The notes beneath the pieces are model-generated. The model worked only from the letters and a program-made list of their open reading frames with translations, ran no database searches and was not told the origin of the DNA. 64,000 nt of DNA from Candidatus Roizmanbacteria bacterium (lineage in GTDB: Bacteria > Patescibacteriota > Microgenomatia > UBA1406): positions 41,581 to 105,580 of the forward strand of contig JANLHL010000038.1 in NCBI GenBank assembly GCA_024654535.1, written 5' to 3'. Positions 8,951 through 19,278 of this stretch are shown here, piece by piece. The stretch's first letter is position 1. Each line of letters opens with the position of its first letter. Both the position numbers and the translations under genes were made by a program.

Positions 8951-9420
8951 AACAATTTATATTATCTACCTTTGTTATTTTATCGTTCTTTACTTTCTCT
9001 CTCTATTATCGGCTGAATGGGAATGCGCCCGTAGTAAGTACCGCTTCAAAACAGCAAGCATTTACTATACAGCCAAGTCCGATAGCTGGTAATAGGCGTG
9101 GAATGTCAGCAAAACCAATGATGATGCAAGGCTCAATATATGCAGACGGGTCCTATACTGGTGACGTTGCGGATGCATTTTACGGCAATATACAAGTTCA
9201 GGCAGTCATACAAAATGGAAAAATTGCCGATATTCAATTTTTGCAGTACCCATCTGACAGGTCACAGTCGAGGCAAATAAGTCAATATGCTATGCCACTG
9301 TTAAAATCAGAAGCGCTCCAGGCGCAAAGTGCACAAGTAAATATAGTTTCGGGTGCAACATATACAAGTCAAGCATTTGTGCAATCGTTAGCATCTGCGC
9401 TCACAAAGGCGAAAGGTTAA
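8947..9420 (+). CDS. Membrane-anchored extracytosolic FMN-binding protein
   Basis: N-terminal TM, YADGSYTG, GKIADI, and flavinylation motif IVSGATYTS. Confidence 0.92.
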   Translation: MKQFILSTFVILSFFTFSLYYRLNGNAPVVSTASKQQAFTIQPSPIAGNRRGMSAKPMMMQGSIYADGSYTGDVADAFYGNIQVQAVIQNGKIADIQFLQYPSDRSQSRQISQYAMPLLKSEALQAQSAQVNIVSGATYTSQAFVQSLASALTKAKG

Positions 9421-9422
9421 CT

Positions 9423-10940
9423 ATGGATATAATAGATAATTTTTTAAACTCGATCACTATGTACCGTTTAGTGTTGTATTACTTGATTGGTCTCGTGATG
9501 ACAGCAGTTGTCTTAAGTTTTTTACACATCCTTTCGTTTAATCCATTTTTACTCATGGGATCAACTTTATTTTTAATTGCTGCTAGTTATGTAACAAATA
9601 CCATTTTTTCTCTCGTTTTTGAGGCTCCAGTCAATGTAGAGTCAGTGTACATATCTGCACTTATTCTTGCACTTATTGTGAATCCTGCATCTTCTTTACA
9701 AAGTTTGTGGTTTCTCTTTTGGGCGGCTACATTGACGATGGCAACAAAATATATTTTTGCACTTAAAAAAAAACATATTTTTAACCCTGTTGCGATAGCG
9801 CTCGTATTAACGGCAATAGGTTTTAATGGATCGGCAAGTTGGTGGGTGGGGACAGCATCTCTGACACCATTCGTACTCATTGGCGGTATGCTTATTGTAC
9901 GGAAGATTAAAAGAGAGGATCTAGTTATAACTTTTTTTACAATAGCATTTCTTACGATTGCGATATTTACTACTATTGCTGGTGGTAACGCGGTCAATAT
10001 TCTTTTTCGACTCATTTTAAATTCGTCCTTATTATTTTTAGGATTTGTGATGCTTACTGAACCGCTAACGACGCCACCGACATGGGAACTACAAGTATTG
10101 TACGGTGCTATAGTAGGTTTTTTGTTTGCTCCACAAATTCATATACTTGGCATTTATAGCACCCCTGAACTTGCACTGTGTGTTGGCAACATATTTGTGT
10201 ATCTAGTAAGTCCAAAATATAAATTATTTTTAAGACTGAAGGAAAAAATTCGTTACGGTACAGATGTACTTGATTTTATTTTCCCCTTAGAAAAAAAACT
10301 CAATTATATTCCAGGACAATATATGGAGTGGACACTCGATCATCACAATCCAGATAGTAGAGGGAATAGAAGATACTTAACTATTGCCTCTTCACCCACA
10401 GAAGATACCCTTCACCTAGGTGTGAAGTTTTATCCCAACGGTAGTAGTTTTAAGAAATCATTGGCAACACTTGATGTAAAAAATCCCATTGTGGGTGGTC
10501 AACTTGCAGGTGATTTTTGTTTGCCGAAGAATAAACGTGAAAAATGTGTCTTTATAGCAGGTGGTATAGGTATTACTCCGTTTCGCAGCATGATCAAATA
10601 CCTTGTAGATAGGAAGGAACCTCGTGACATTATACTTTTTTATGTCAATAAACATGCCGACGAAATCGCATATACCGATATTTTTGAACAGGCGAGAGCA
10701 GAATTAGGAATCAGAACGGTCTATACACTCACCGATCAGAGTGCAATACCTCAGGGTTGGACTGGTCGCATGGGTAGGTTGAGCGAGCGAATGATTCAGC
10801 AGGAAGTTGCAGATTATAGAGACAGGATTTATTATTTATCCGGACCGTTCGGTATGGTAACGGGAGATAAGAAAATTCTACGTGAAATGGGTGTACCCGA
10901 TAGTCATATAAAAACAGACTATTTCCCAGGATTTGCATAA
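9423..10940 (+). CDS. NqrB/RnfD-like membrane domain fused to an FAD/NAD(P)-binding FNR-type oxidoreductase
   Basis: KHIFNP and MLTEPLTTP in the TM region; RRYLTIASSP, FIAGGIGITPFRSM and YYLSGP in the C domain. Confidence 0.88.
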   Translation: MDIIDNFLNSITMYRLVLYYLIGLVMTAVVLSFLHILSFNPFLLMGSTLFLIAASYVTNTIFSLVFEAPVNVESVYISALILALIVNPASSLQSLWFLFWAATLTMATKYIFALKKKHIFNPVAIALVLTAIGFNGSASWWVGTASLTPFVLIGGMLIVRKIKREDLVITFFTIAFLTIAIFTTIAGGNAVNILFRLILNSSLLFLGFVMLTEPLTTPPTWELQVLYGAIVGFLFAPQIHILGIYSTPELALCVGNIFVYLVSPKYKLFLRLKEKIRYGTDVLDFIFPLEKKLNYIPGQYMEWTLDHHNPDSRGNRRYLTIASSPTEDTLHLGVKFYPNGSSFKKSLATLDVKNPIVGGQLAGDFCLPKNKREKCVFIAGGIGITPFRSMIKYLVDRKEPRDIILFYVNKHADEIAYTDIFEQARAELGIRTVYTLTDQSAIPQGWTGRMGRLSERMIQQEVADYRDRIYYLSGPFGMVTGDKKILREMGVPDSHIKTDYFPGFA

Positions 10941-11012
10941 AGGCTGGTCAGATTAAGTACTATTTGGTAAGAAAGCGTAGGAATAGTGATGTGTTATAAT
11001 TTTGAACAACTT

Positions 11013-11447
11013 ATGGAAAAAACATACGTTCCCACTACACACAAATTTGTCGCAGTGCTCAACAAGAAGATTCCGGTGAATATACTTATGAATGCACTTG
11101 CGCATATGTCTGCAGGGCTCGTTGGATCATACCCCGAGATTACGAAAATGCGGTTTGATACGTATACCGATAAAGATGGCAACGCTCATAAAAGTATATC
11201 TGACAACCCATATATTATATTGCGTGCCGACAATTCAAATAAAATTAGAACACTGCGGTACGAGCTTGTAACGCAAAATATACATTTTGTGGATTTTATT
11301 AGCACTATGACGGTCGGTACGTACGCAGAACAACAGCATCGGACACAGGAAACATCAGAGGCAGAGCTTGAATATTATGGCATTTGTTTATTTGGAGAAA
11401 TAAATACATTGAACACTCTCACACGTAAGTTTTCTCTGTGGCAGTAA
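11013..11447 (+). CDS. DUF2000-like protein (PTH2-like fold)
   Basis: FVAVLNKK..MNALAHMSAGL..LEYYGICLFG..LTRKFSLW. Confidence 0.7.
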   Translation: MEKTYVPTTHKFVAVLNKKIPVNILMNALAHMSAGLVGSYPEITKMRFDTYTDKDGNAHKSISDNPYIILRADNSNKIRTLRYELVTQNIHFVDFISTMTVGTYAEQQHRTQETSEAELEYYGICLFGEINTLNTLTRKFSLWQ

Positions 11448-11502
11448 ATCATTCTTTTTCAACAGTCTTTATTATACCCATGGCCTATAGTATAATAGCA
11501 TT

Positions 11503-11916
11503 ATGAAAATGCCTGATGTGGTTCAACAAGCTTGGCAGGTGTTTGATGGTAACGAAAAATTTGCATTGGTAGTTATTGCTGCGTTAAACGTTGCCGGGCG
11601 TTATGCACAGGATGTTTTGGATAGAGCTGCTTCAACCCCTTTACCGTTACAGGGTCACTTGTCAGATACAGCTCTTGCAGGTCAAGTATATATGTTAACT
11701 GAAGTTGCTGGTATAAAGAGCCTCGCTATTCGTACTGCTGTAACATTGGGACTTGCATACGGTGCAGAGATAGGACAAGGACTTCACTTGGTGGATGGCG
11801 GTTATAACTCAGGTGATTTTGTGGCGTATACCATTGGAGTACTGGGTCTTATGGGTATTGAACAAGGAGTGAAAAAGATTCATCGATTACGGAACAAGTC
11901 GTCAATCTCCACATGA
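11503..11916 (+). CDS. Hypothetical membrane protein
   Basis: 137-aa ORF with hydrophobic segments; TATAAT 6 nt upstream. Confidence 0.7.
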   Translation: MKMPDVVQQAWQVFDGNEKFALVVIAALNVAGRYAQDVLDRAASTPLPLQGHLSDTALAGQVYMLTEVAGIKSLAIRTAVTLGLAYGAEIGQGLHLVDGGYNSGDFVAYTIGVLGLMGIEQGVKKIHRLRNKSSIST

Positions 11917-11949
11917 CTCCCTGTTTAGATAGTTGCTATAATTAAAAGT

Positions 11950-12426
11950 ATGATCACAGCGTTACTCAGTGACTTTTCCAAAGTGCTTTTGTTTGTGAAA
12001 GACAAAACGTATGGTGGAAAATTGAATGCACTCAATAGGCAGCTTATTCAAGAAAAAGGCGATTATCCTTTCTTTAATTATTTTGAGCTAAATACAGAAC
12101 TTCTCGATTTTTATGCGTTACTCAAAAAAAAGTATTCCATTTCGCTCAACATATTTACCACAGGCACTGTTCAAGAAAGGCCGGAGTTACAGCCATACCT
12201 ATATCCGTTATTTGAAAATGTATTCTCAGCTAATAATCTGGAAATAGGTAAAGAAAATTCCCAATCGTACGTCGTATTAGCTAAAAGAGTAAATGCAAAA
12301 CCACAGACTACGATTTATATAGACGATAAACAGTCAAATCTGGATGCGGCTCAAAGAGCCGGCATGAATACGGTGTTATATGTAGATGCAGAAACAGCCC
12401 GAAAACAAATACTAAGATTTTTTTGA
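11950..12426 (+). CDS. HAD-superfamily hydrolase
   Basis: LLSDFSKVL (motif I variant) and YIDDKQSNLDAAQRAGM. Confidence 0.85.
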   Translation: MITALLSDFSKVLLFVKDKTYGGKLNALNRQLIQEKGDYPFFNYFELNTELLDFYALLKKKYSISLNIFTTGTVQERPELQPYLYPLFENVFSANNLEIGKENSQSYVVLAKRVNAKPQTTIYIDDKQSNLDAAQRAGMNTVLYVDAETARKQILRFF

Positions 12427-12439
12427 TATAGTTACCTAG

Positions 12440-13975
12440 ATGTTGTTACGAAAATTAGCATACAGTGTTGTATTCACATTAATTGTTATCAACCTTATAT
12501 TAGGCGCCTGGTTTGTTTTACATGGAGATATCACGTATGGGTATGGCGGAGATATCGCGCGAGACATGTACTTATTACAACTAGGTGTTATAAAGAAATT
12601 TGTACTTATAGGAGCCTATTCAGGAGGCATTCCAGGAGTGTATCACGGACCCGCATGGATGTATTTAAATTTACCCGCTTTCGTGATTGCTGGTGGCAAT
12701 CCGGTAGGTGTTGGTTGGTACTGGGTTTTGCTATCAATTCTCATGCTTCTTATAATTTTTTTTATAAGTAAAAAATTATTTTCTTCTAAAGTTGGATTGC
12801 TTTCGGCTCTAATGTTTTCGGTTTTCATGATTGGACAAACTAAAGAGTTAACCAACCCATTTGGTGCTGTGCTTGTTTTTCCTATTTTTTTCTACGGTAT
12901 ATATCAATATTTAGACAAGTCATTAGCAAAGTATCTTGTTTTGAGTTTATTCTTGAATGGTCTAATGGTTCAATTTGAAGCAGCATTTGGTGTACCTATT
13001 CTTATTTTAACAACAGTTTTAGTACTTTGGCATATTGCAAAAAAGCGTACATGGAACCACTTGCTGTCTTTTCTTATCTTGGCGATACCATTCTCAACCT
13101 ATGCAGCCTTTGAGTTGAGACATGGCTTTTTGCAGTCAAAAGCATTATATAACTATATGACTGGAGTAGTTAATTTTGCGAAACAGCCATTTAAAGTAAT
13201 AATTATTTCCAGAATCCGTGGCCTTTTTGTGGATGGTTTCTATATATTTAAATATGTTCCGATCTATTTTAGTATTTTTGCCTCTTCTATTTTTGCCTAT
13301 GTTATATACCAAACAAGAAAGAGTATGTTTAATATAAAAGCATATCTACTTTTTTCATATTTTTATTGTGGCTATTGGGCACTGATGCTCGCTTTGTACA
13401 AAGGCATCGTATTCGATTACTATTACTGGCCGTTTTTTCCACTAGTTCTCATACTTTTATCATCTATTTTTTTTACGAGTAAACAGTATAGATATATACT
13501 GCTATTTTTATTTATTCCAATATACATTTTTACTGTTGACGTAGGATACAAAGCAACAGTAAAAATGGCACCGAACTATATAGGCAAAGACAGTGGCTCT
13601 TGGTTATTCAATAAAAGAGTAGCGGAGGATGTTTTCAAGATGAGTGGAGATGATTTTGGATATTACATATATACACCAGATTTATATGCAACTGGTACAA
13701 AATATGCATTTTATTATGTTCAAAAGAAGAATGTGAATAAGAAAGGCTATCTAAACAAAAAAAAGGAAATAACATATCTTATATTTACCCCACTTTTCAA
13801 AGACTTGCCATTTCATAACGGTATATGGTGGAAGGAGGCACAAGTTCGTATATCAAAAAAACCGAATTTTGTACATCGTTACCCAAATGGATTTAGATTC
13901 GAACGATATTCATTAACCGATCAAGAAATTGCGGTTCCGTCAGACGAGCTTGTTTTAAATACATTTTCGCTTTAG
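12440..13975 (+). CDS. GT-C (ArnT/PMT, GT39-like) membrane glycosyltransferase
   Basis: DIARD loop after TM1, YHGPAWMYL, about 12 TM segments. Confidence 0.8.
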   Translation: MLLRKLAYSVVFTLIVINLILGAWFVLHGDITYGYGGDIARDMYLLQLGVIKKFVLIGAYSGGIPGVYHGPAWMYLNLPAFVIAGGNPVGVGWYWVLLSILMLLIIFFISKKLFSSKVGLLSALMFSVFMIGQTKELTNPFGAVLVFPIFFYGIYQYLDKSLAKYLVLSLFLNGLMVQFEAAFGVPILILTTVLVLWHIAKKRTWNHLLSFLILAIPFSTYAAFELRHGFLQSKALYNYMTGVVNFAKQPFKVIIISRIRGLFVDGFYIFKYVPIYFSIFASSIFAYVIYQTRKSMFNIKAYLLFSYFYCGYWALMLALYKGIVFDYYYWPFFPLVLILLSSIFFTSKQYRYILLFLFIPIYIFTVDVGYKATVKMAPNYIGKDSGSWLFNKRVAEDVFKMSGDDFGYYIYTPDLYATGTKYAFYYVQKKNVNKKGYLNKKKEITYLIFTPLFKDLPFHNGIWWKEAQVRISKKPNFVHRYPNGFRFERYSLTDQEIAVPSDELVLNTFSL

Positions 13976-14883
13976 GCTGAAAGAGTACTAAGCCTTTTAT
14001 AGTTTTCAATCATTTTTTCTTGCTGCGGCTCTGGTATATAGAGGATGTTTTTATATGGAGCAAATACTTTCATGAGGATCTCAAATTGCGTTTTGTTGGG
14101 AAAAACATTTTCAGCAAAATCTTTATCTAAGATACCATGATGTGAGTCGGTACCATTGAGTGGTTCAATTGTCGTATTTACATGAAATAATTTTGTGTAC
14201 GGCGCGAGCATTTTTGCATCGGTCAAAACATGAGTAAAAAGATCATCTCTTTCCATATGTGGATACTGACCGGTAACGTGGCCTATGTCAAAACATAAAG
14301 AAAAACCTTTTTCTCCTAGTATAGCGAGTACTTTATTTGATATGCCCTTAGAGTGAACAGGGGTGAGTCGCCCAATTTCTTTTTCTTTTTCACGAAAGTT
14401 TGATGGTACGTAAGAGGGGACAGTTTCAAGGTATATTTCTACGTTTTTTGTTTGTGCGTATTGTTTCAATAAAGTACCGTATTTGAGCAACGATTCGTAA
14501 CTTTCTTTCTCATTTACTTCTTGATTTGGTACAAGTGAAATTTCGCACGCATCAAGGTTTAGGTTTACCAAGCGTTGAGATTCGGGGTGGAAATTTACAT
14601 AAAACGCGCCTGCTTTATAAGCTTCATCTACCGTTTCGTGTAAAAGTGTATACGTTTTTTCTGCGATATTGAGAGAAGGGAATGCAAGATTTGGAAAATA
14701 GGTATTATCTACCATTCCCCAGAAGTGGAATCCAAAACGAATTTCTTTTTTGCGCATATAGTTAAAAAGATCTTGATAGCGGTCTTTCCAATCTATTCGA
14801 AACCAGACTTCACAAAAACGAGCTTTTGATTTTTCAAGTATGGCAATACCGTCTGTGGGGCCTACTTTTATACCAACGTTCAT
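13972..14883 (-). CDS. TIM-barrel metalloprotein (xylose isomerase/AP endonuclease 2-like)
   Basis: GFHFW, VNFHP, YLETVP, CFDIGH, FHVN, DSHHG, IPEP. True start MNVGIK at 14883 with TATACT 7 nt upstream. Confidence 0.75.
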   Translation of the reverse strand: MNVGIKVGPTDGIAILEKSKARFCEVWFRIDWKDRYQDLFNYMRKKEIRFGFHFWGMVDNTYFPNLAFPSLNIAEKTYTLLHETVDEAYKAGAFYVNFHPESQRLVNLNLDACEISLVPNQEVNEKESYESLLKYGTLLKQYAQTKNVEIYLETVPSYVPSNFREKEKEIGRLTPVHSKGISNKVLAILGEKGFSLCFDIGHVTGQYPHMERDDLFTHVLTDAKMLAPYTKLFHVNTTIEPLNGTDSHHGILDKDFAENVFPNKTQFEILMKVFAPYKNILYIPEPQQEKMIENYKRLSTLSA

Positions 14884-14945
14884 GAGGCTCAGTATAGCAT
14901 ACGTGTTGGTACTTAGGTCGTTTGTGCGGTACAATATGAACTGTC

Positions 14946-15017
14946 GGCGCAGTGGCGAAGTGGTAACGCGGCGGTCTGCAAAACCGCTATGCAGGGGTTC
15001 AATTCCCCTCTGCGCCT
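14946..15017 (+). tRNA. tRNA-Cys(GCA)
   Basis: GGCGCAG/CTGCGCC-T; anticodon arm GCGGT-CTGCAAA-ACCGC. Confidence 0.96.
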
Positions 15018-15020
15018 CAT

Positions 15021-15095
15021 GGTTAGCTATCGGCTTTTTGCTTTTAGCCGTTAGATGGTCTATCTGATAGCCAAAAGCTAACTGCTTACAGCTAC
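15021..15095. repeat. Inverted 7-nt-period repeat hairpin between two tRNAs
   Basis: ggttagc tatcggc tttttgc ttttagc cgttaga ... tgatagc caaaagc taactgc ttacagc. Confidence 0.6.
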
Positions 15096-15099
15096 TTTT

Positions 15100-15183
15100 G
15101 GAGGGTTGGCCGAGCGGTTTATGGCGCGAGTCTTGAAAACTCGTGGGAGCAATCCCGCACAGGTTCGAATCCTGTACCCTCCG
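15100..15183 (+). tRNA. tRNA-Ser(TGA)
   Basis: GGAGGGT/ACCCTCC-G; CGAGT-CTTGAAA-ACTCG; long variable arm. Confidence 0.96.
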
Positions 15184-15233
15184 CACGATACTCTGCATTG
15201 ACTGCGCAGCGTAAATTGCATACACTTATGGCA

Positions 15234-15791
15234 ATGAAAGGCATTTTTTTTATGCTTGCTGCGTTATTTGTATTGGTAGCCACTTTTACTATTGTACGAA
15301 GCGTACAAGCTCAATCTATTGCATCGTGTGATCAGTGTGGTACGTGCCAGGGGGCTACCAAACTTCCAGGCAATTATACACAGTGTATGCAATGTCTATA
15401 TCCAAACGCGCCTCAAATAACATACCCTATGTATGATCCGGCGAATATGACCGCTCCGACTATACAAGCGAGGTTTCCTGCCAATTCAAGTCTTCGAGTA
15501 ACTCCTCTTGTGAGTAGACGTTATACCGCGGTAGGTTGTATAGAAACAACAGCGGGTGGATTTACCAATGCTTTTATGGGTTTGTTAAATGCACTCATTA
15601 CTGGTCTGGGGTTCTTAGGATTGGTCTATGGAGGTGTGCAAGTAATGCTTGCGCGAGGAGATAAAGACAAGCTGCAAGAGGGCAGAAATTATGTATATGC
15701 AGCTATCGCAACAGTACTCATAGTGAATTTAGCGGTCTACATTGTAAAGATAGTGGGTAAGAATATATTACAAATTCCGTACTTTGGGTGA
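15234..15791 (+). CDS. CPR-type pilin-like protein (TrbC/VirB2-like C-terminal hairpin) with Cys-rich N domain
   Basis: Signal peptide ending VQA, CDQCGTC/CMQC, YTAVGCI, GGVQVMLARGDKDKLQEGR. Start is 15234 or 15228. Confidence 0.75.
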   Translation: MKGIFFMLAALFVLVATFTIVRSVQAQSIASCDQCGTCQGATKLPGNYTQCMQCLYPNAPQITYPMYDPANMTAPTIQARFPANSSLRVTPLVSRRYTAVGCIETTAGGFTNAFMGLLNALITGLGFLGLVYGGVQVMLARGDKDKLQEGRNYVYAAIATVLIVNLAVYIVKIVGKNILQIPYFG

Positions 15792-17497
15792 GACATTTAC
15801 CAATCTATAGAAAGCTGTTTATAAAGCTAGCAATAGCGGCTGTTATGATGTTCTCTTTGTTGCAGCCTATGAGCGTATTTGCGCTTGGAGTGCAGCCAAA
15901 TGATCTTACACAAAATGAAGTAGATTTTTGTAACAATGCCATTGAAGACGTTTCACTTACGTTTGGAAGAGGAGATATAAGAGAATTAAGCCTGAGCACT
16001 CAGCTCTATAGGGAAACTCTTTCAAGGGAAGTTTACTATCTAGATTCTACAGGTAATAGAGTAAATTTGCCGTTAGACCGACTCAGGTATGCATCAGGAA
16101 TTGGAGATTTTAATTCATTTAGAATTAAATTTAAACAGGGATATCTTCAAAATTTATTTGAGCCGGGAATAACGAACGCCAAATTGCTTGTAGATTTTCC
16201 AGGGCGAAATATTATTACCGGAATTGGTGGCCTTAGGTTTCCTGATAGTCAGGAATTTCTACAGGTTACAAGCGATTCAAGTAAACTGTTTGAATCTGGA
16301 AATTCTGTGTATGATTTTACCGATCTTAGGGCGCTTTTTAACAACAACCCAGTAAAGATGCTTGATGTTGGTGGAGAGATACAAGGCGGTTGGAGGAATG
16401 ATTTCTACCAAATATTTTTAAGCTATGATTACTCGCAAAGTCGTCATGAGTTGAGCTGTCCAATACGGTTTGCAGTCGCTGTACCACCACCAGAACAATA
16501 TTGTAGCGTTACTCTCACAAAGAACACCGGTGAGACAGTAGCATCATTACAGCAAGCTTCAGGAGCACAAGAATATGTATTTCCCGTAAATGATACAAAT
16601 GTTTATACACTTACTTTTTCTGATATAGACATTAACAGCCTAACATCTCAAGGAGGAAATACACTATTTCTCAATATAGGGTCTCAGAATTTAATGAGGA
16701 TGTCGTGCGGTATAACAAATCATATAAAACCAGAATGTAGAACATTCACCTTTTTGTTTGGTCCAGGCCACCATCAGTTTATTCCAACAAACGAAGGCAA
16801 GGAATATCTTTTGACGTTTACTGATACAGCAGGATTACCAAAATGTAGGGATGTACGTATAATTGCTGGGCATGATGATATTGAATCACAGCACCAATCT
16901 ACTCCAACAGGTGAGCCAAGTCGTGATTTGTCAGAGGACGATTTGAATCTGTATAATAACTTAGCAAAGAAGCAAACACAAGCTACGGTAGCAAATACTG
17001 TAGATCTGTGTGAAACGGTGTCACCCAACGCAGACTGTGGAGGTGGCAGAGGTTCCTGCGTACAGAAATGTCTTTCGTGCACGATAAGTATTACTACTGC
17101 AGAACAAAACGAACTCAATCAGCTCATAACCCAAGCTGACGAGAGTGGGAATTTGAGCGATACACAGTTGTCCCGTATGCAGGTGTTACAAGACAAATCA
17201 AATGGTCTATCGAGTACACATATTTGGACAGGTTTGGGGTGTATTCCGACCGATATTTCTGGTTTAATAAATAGTGTTTTTACAACGCTCGTTGGGGTTT
17301 TGGGCGGGTTTATACTACTCTGCATCATTTTCGAAGGTATGCGAATTATGACATCGGCAGGTAATCCCGAAGCGCTCAAAAAAGCACAAGAGGGTATTAC
17401 CTCATGTATTATCGGCTTTATAGTAGTGTTTTTCTCCGTGCTTATACTGCGTATCATTGGCGTTGATATATTACAGTTACCGTGGTTTGGTAAGTAA
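15788..17497 (+). CDS. Large pilin-like protein: secreted N domain plus C-terminal pilin hairpin
   Basis: Signal peptide ending VFA; WTGLGCIPTD...TSAGNPEALKKAQEGITSCIIG...ILRIIGVDIL. Confidence 0.78.
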   Translation: MRHLPIYRKLFIKLAIAAVMMFSLLQPMSVFALGVQPNDLTQNEVDFCNNAIEDVSLTFGRGDIRELSLSTQLYRETLSREVYYLDSTGNRVNLPLDRLRYASGIGDFNSFRIKFKQGYLQNLFEPGITNAKLLVDFPGRNIITGIGGLRFPDSQEFLQVTSDSSKLFESGNSVYDFTDLRALFNNNPVKMLDVGGEIQGGWRNDFYQIFLSYDYSQSRHELSCPIRFAVAVPPPEQYCSVTLTKNTGETVASLQQASGAQEYVFPVNDTNVYTLTFSDIDINSLTSQGGNTLFLNIGSQNLMRMSCGITNHIKPECRTFTFLFGPGHHQFIPTNEGKEYLLTFTDTAGLPKCRDVRIIAGHDDIESQHQSTPTGEPSRDLSEDDLNLYNNLAKKQTQATVANTVDLCETVSPNADCGGGRGSCVQKCLSCTISITTAEQNELNQLITQADESGNLSDTQLSRMQVLQDKSNGLSSTHIWTGLGCIPTDISGLINSVFTTLVGVLGGFILLCIIFEGMRIMTSAGNPEALKKAQEGITSCIIGFIVVFFSVLILRIIGVDILQLPWFGK

Positions 17498-17508
17498 TTA
17501 TACTTAGA

Positions 17509-19254
17509 ATGTTATTTTCAGAACTCGCTCACTATCTTCAAGAGATTGAATCTGCCAGTAGCAGACTCGTTATGACACGGCTTTTGGCCGATCTATTTAA
17601 AAAAACCAGCGCACAAGAGATTGGGAAAGTAGCATACCTGGTACAGGGTCAGACAGCGCCACTGTATGAACATAGAGAATTTGGTGTCGCAGAAAAACTT
17701 GTACTTAAAGCGCTTACGTCTGCCTTTTCATTAGACAGCGCACAAGCGAAAGCGCGAAACACCAGTATGGGCGACTTGGGTTTAGTAGCTGAAGCTTCCC
17801 GAGAAGAGACAAGAGAGCTTTTTGACAGCACACAAAGTGTGACTATAGAGGAGTTATTTGAAAAACTGTACACACTTACCACACTTTCGGGTACTGGTTC
17901 ACAAGACGAAAAACTTGCACTTATTGCAGACATGCTTCGTATATCTGACCCATTAAGTTGCCGGTATATAGTCCGCATACTGATAGACAAACTTCGTTTA
18001 GGTTTTTCTGCAATGACGATACTCGATGCATATTCATGGATGTTAACAGGGGATAAAACACTTCGTAAAAGTATAGAACGAGCATATAATGTGTACCCAA
18101 ATTTGGGGCACATCGGTGCTTTACTGAAAAAAGGTGGCATACACGCACTCTCTCAGATCGAACCGGCAGTAGGAGTTCCTATTCTTATGGCTAGGGCAGA
18201 ACGGGTTGAAAAGCCATCAGATATTATTGAAAAAATAGGTGAGTGTGCGGTTGAACCAAAATATGATGGCTTTCGACTACAGCTCCACTATGACAAGAAA
18301 AAAGGTACTCGACTTTTTACGAGAGGACTTGACGAGGTGTCGTATATGTATCCAGAGATAGTCCAGGCAGGAAATAACGAGCTTCAATGTGATTCTCTTA
18401 TTTTAGAAGGAGAGGCTGTTGGATATAATCCGGATACCGGTGAGTTTTTACCCTTTCAAGAGACTGTGCAGAGAAAGCGTAAGTACGGCATACAGGAAAA
18501 AGCGCTTTTAGTGCCGCTTAGACTTTTTGTATTTGATCTGTTATACCTCAACGGAAAGAATTATTTACACAAACCGTATACCATCAGAAAGAAAATGCTG
18601 AAGAGCATAATAAAATCAAAGAAGGTAAATACGATAGTCTATACGAAAGAAATACGTACGCGTGATCCTCACGCACTTGAAAGCCTATTTGATCAATATA
18701 CATCTGAAGGTCTTGAGGGAGTCATAGCCAAAAAACTAGACGGTACATACGAAGCCGGTGCGCGAGGTTTTAACTGGATAAAATTCAAGCGAAGTTATAG
18801 TAAAAAACTTAACGACACCATAGATTGTGTAGTCATGGGGTTTGATTATGGCAAAGGCAAACGTACCAGCTTTGGCATTGGCGCATTTCTTGCTGGAGTA
18901 TACAATAAGGCCTCGGATACATTTGAAACTGTAGCAAAAATAGGGACAGGGTTGACCGATGACGAGTGGCGTGCGATGAGTGCAGCATGTGAAAAAAACA
19001 AAGCCGCACAGAAGCCAGTGCAATATATAGTGGACGACATGACGACGCCAGACGAATGGTCGTACCCAAGTATTGTTGTTGAGATTCGAGCCGATGAAAT
19101 TACGAAATCTCCGGTTCATACCGCTGGAAAGACCAGCGGTATTGGTTATGCATTGCGATTCCCTCGATTAGAACGTTTTCGTGCCGATAAAAAGCCTACA
19201 GACATTACAACAACGGTAGAGCTGCAAGATTTGTATACCGTTCAAAAAAAATAG
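17509..19254 (+). CDS. ATP-dependent DNA ligase (N-terminal DNA-binding, adenylation and OB domains)
   Basis: EPKYDGFR, LEGEAV, FDLLYLNG, EGVIAK, WIKFK, ALRFPR. Confidence 0.95.
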   Translation: MLFSELAHYLQEIESASSRLVMTRLLADLFKKTSAQEIGKVAYLVQGQTAPLYEHREFGVAEKLVLKALTSAFSLDSAQAKARNTSMGDLGLVAEASREETRELFDSTQSVTIEELFEKLYTLTTLSGTGSQDEKLALIADMLRISDPLSCRYIVRILIDKLRLGFSAMTILDAYSWMLTGDKTLRKSIERAYNVYPNLGHIGALLKKGGIHALSQIEPAVGVPILMARAERVEKPSDIIEKIGECAVEPKYDGFRLQLHYDKKKGTRLFTRGLDEVSYMYPEIVQAGNNELQCDSLILEGEAVGYNPDTGEFLPFQETVQRKRKYGIQEKALLVPLRLFVFDLLYLNGKNYLHKPYTIRKKMLKSIIKSKKVNTIVYTKEIRTRDPHALESLFDQYTSEGLEGVIAKKLDGTYEAGARGFNWIKFKRSYSKKLNDTIDCVVMGFDYGKGKRTSFGIGAFLAGVYNKASDTFETVAKIGTGLTDDEWRAMSAACEKNKAAQKPVQYIVDDMTTPDEWSYPSIVVEIRADEITKSPVHTAGKTSGIGYALRFPRLERFRADKKPTDITTTVELQDLYTVQKK

Positions 19255-19278
19255 GTCAGAGTGGTATATACTACTGCT

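Noticed and set aside
14884..15225. N-terminal extension of the 417-aa ORF at 13972-15225
   Set aside because: It is an antisense read-through of tRNA-Cys and tRNA-Ser; the real start is 14883.
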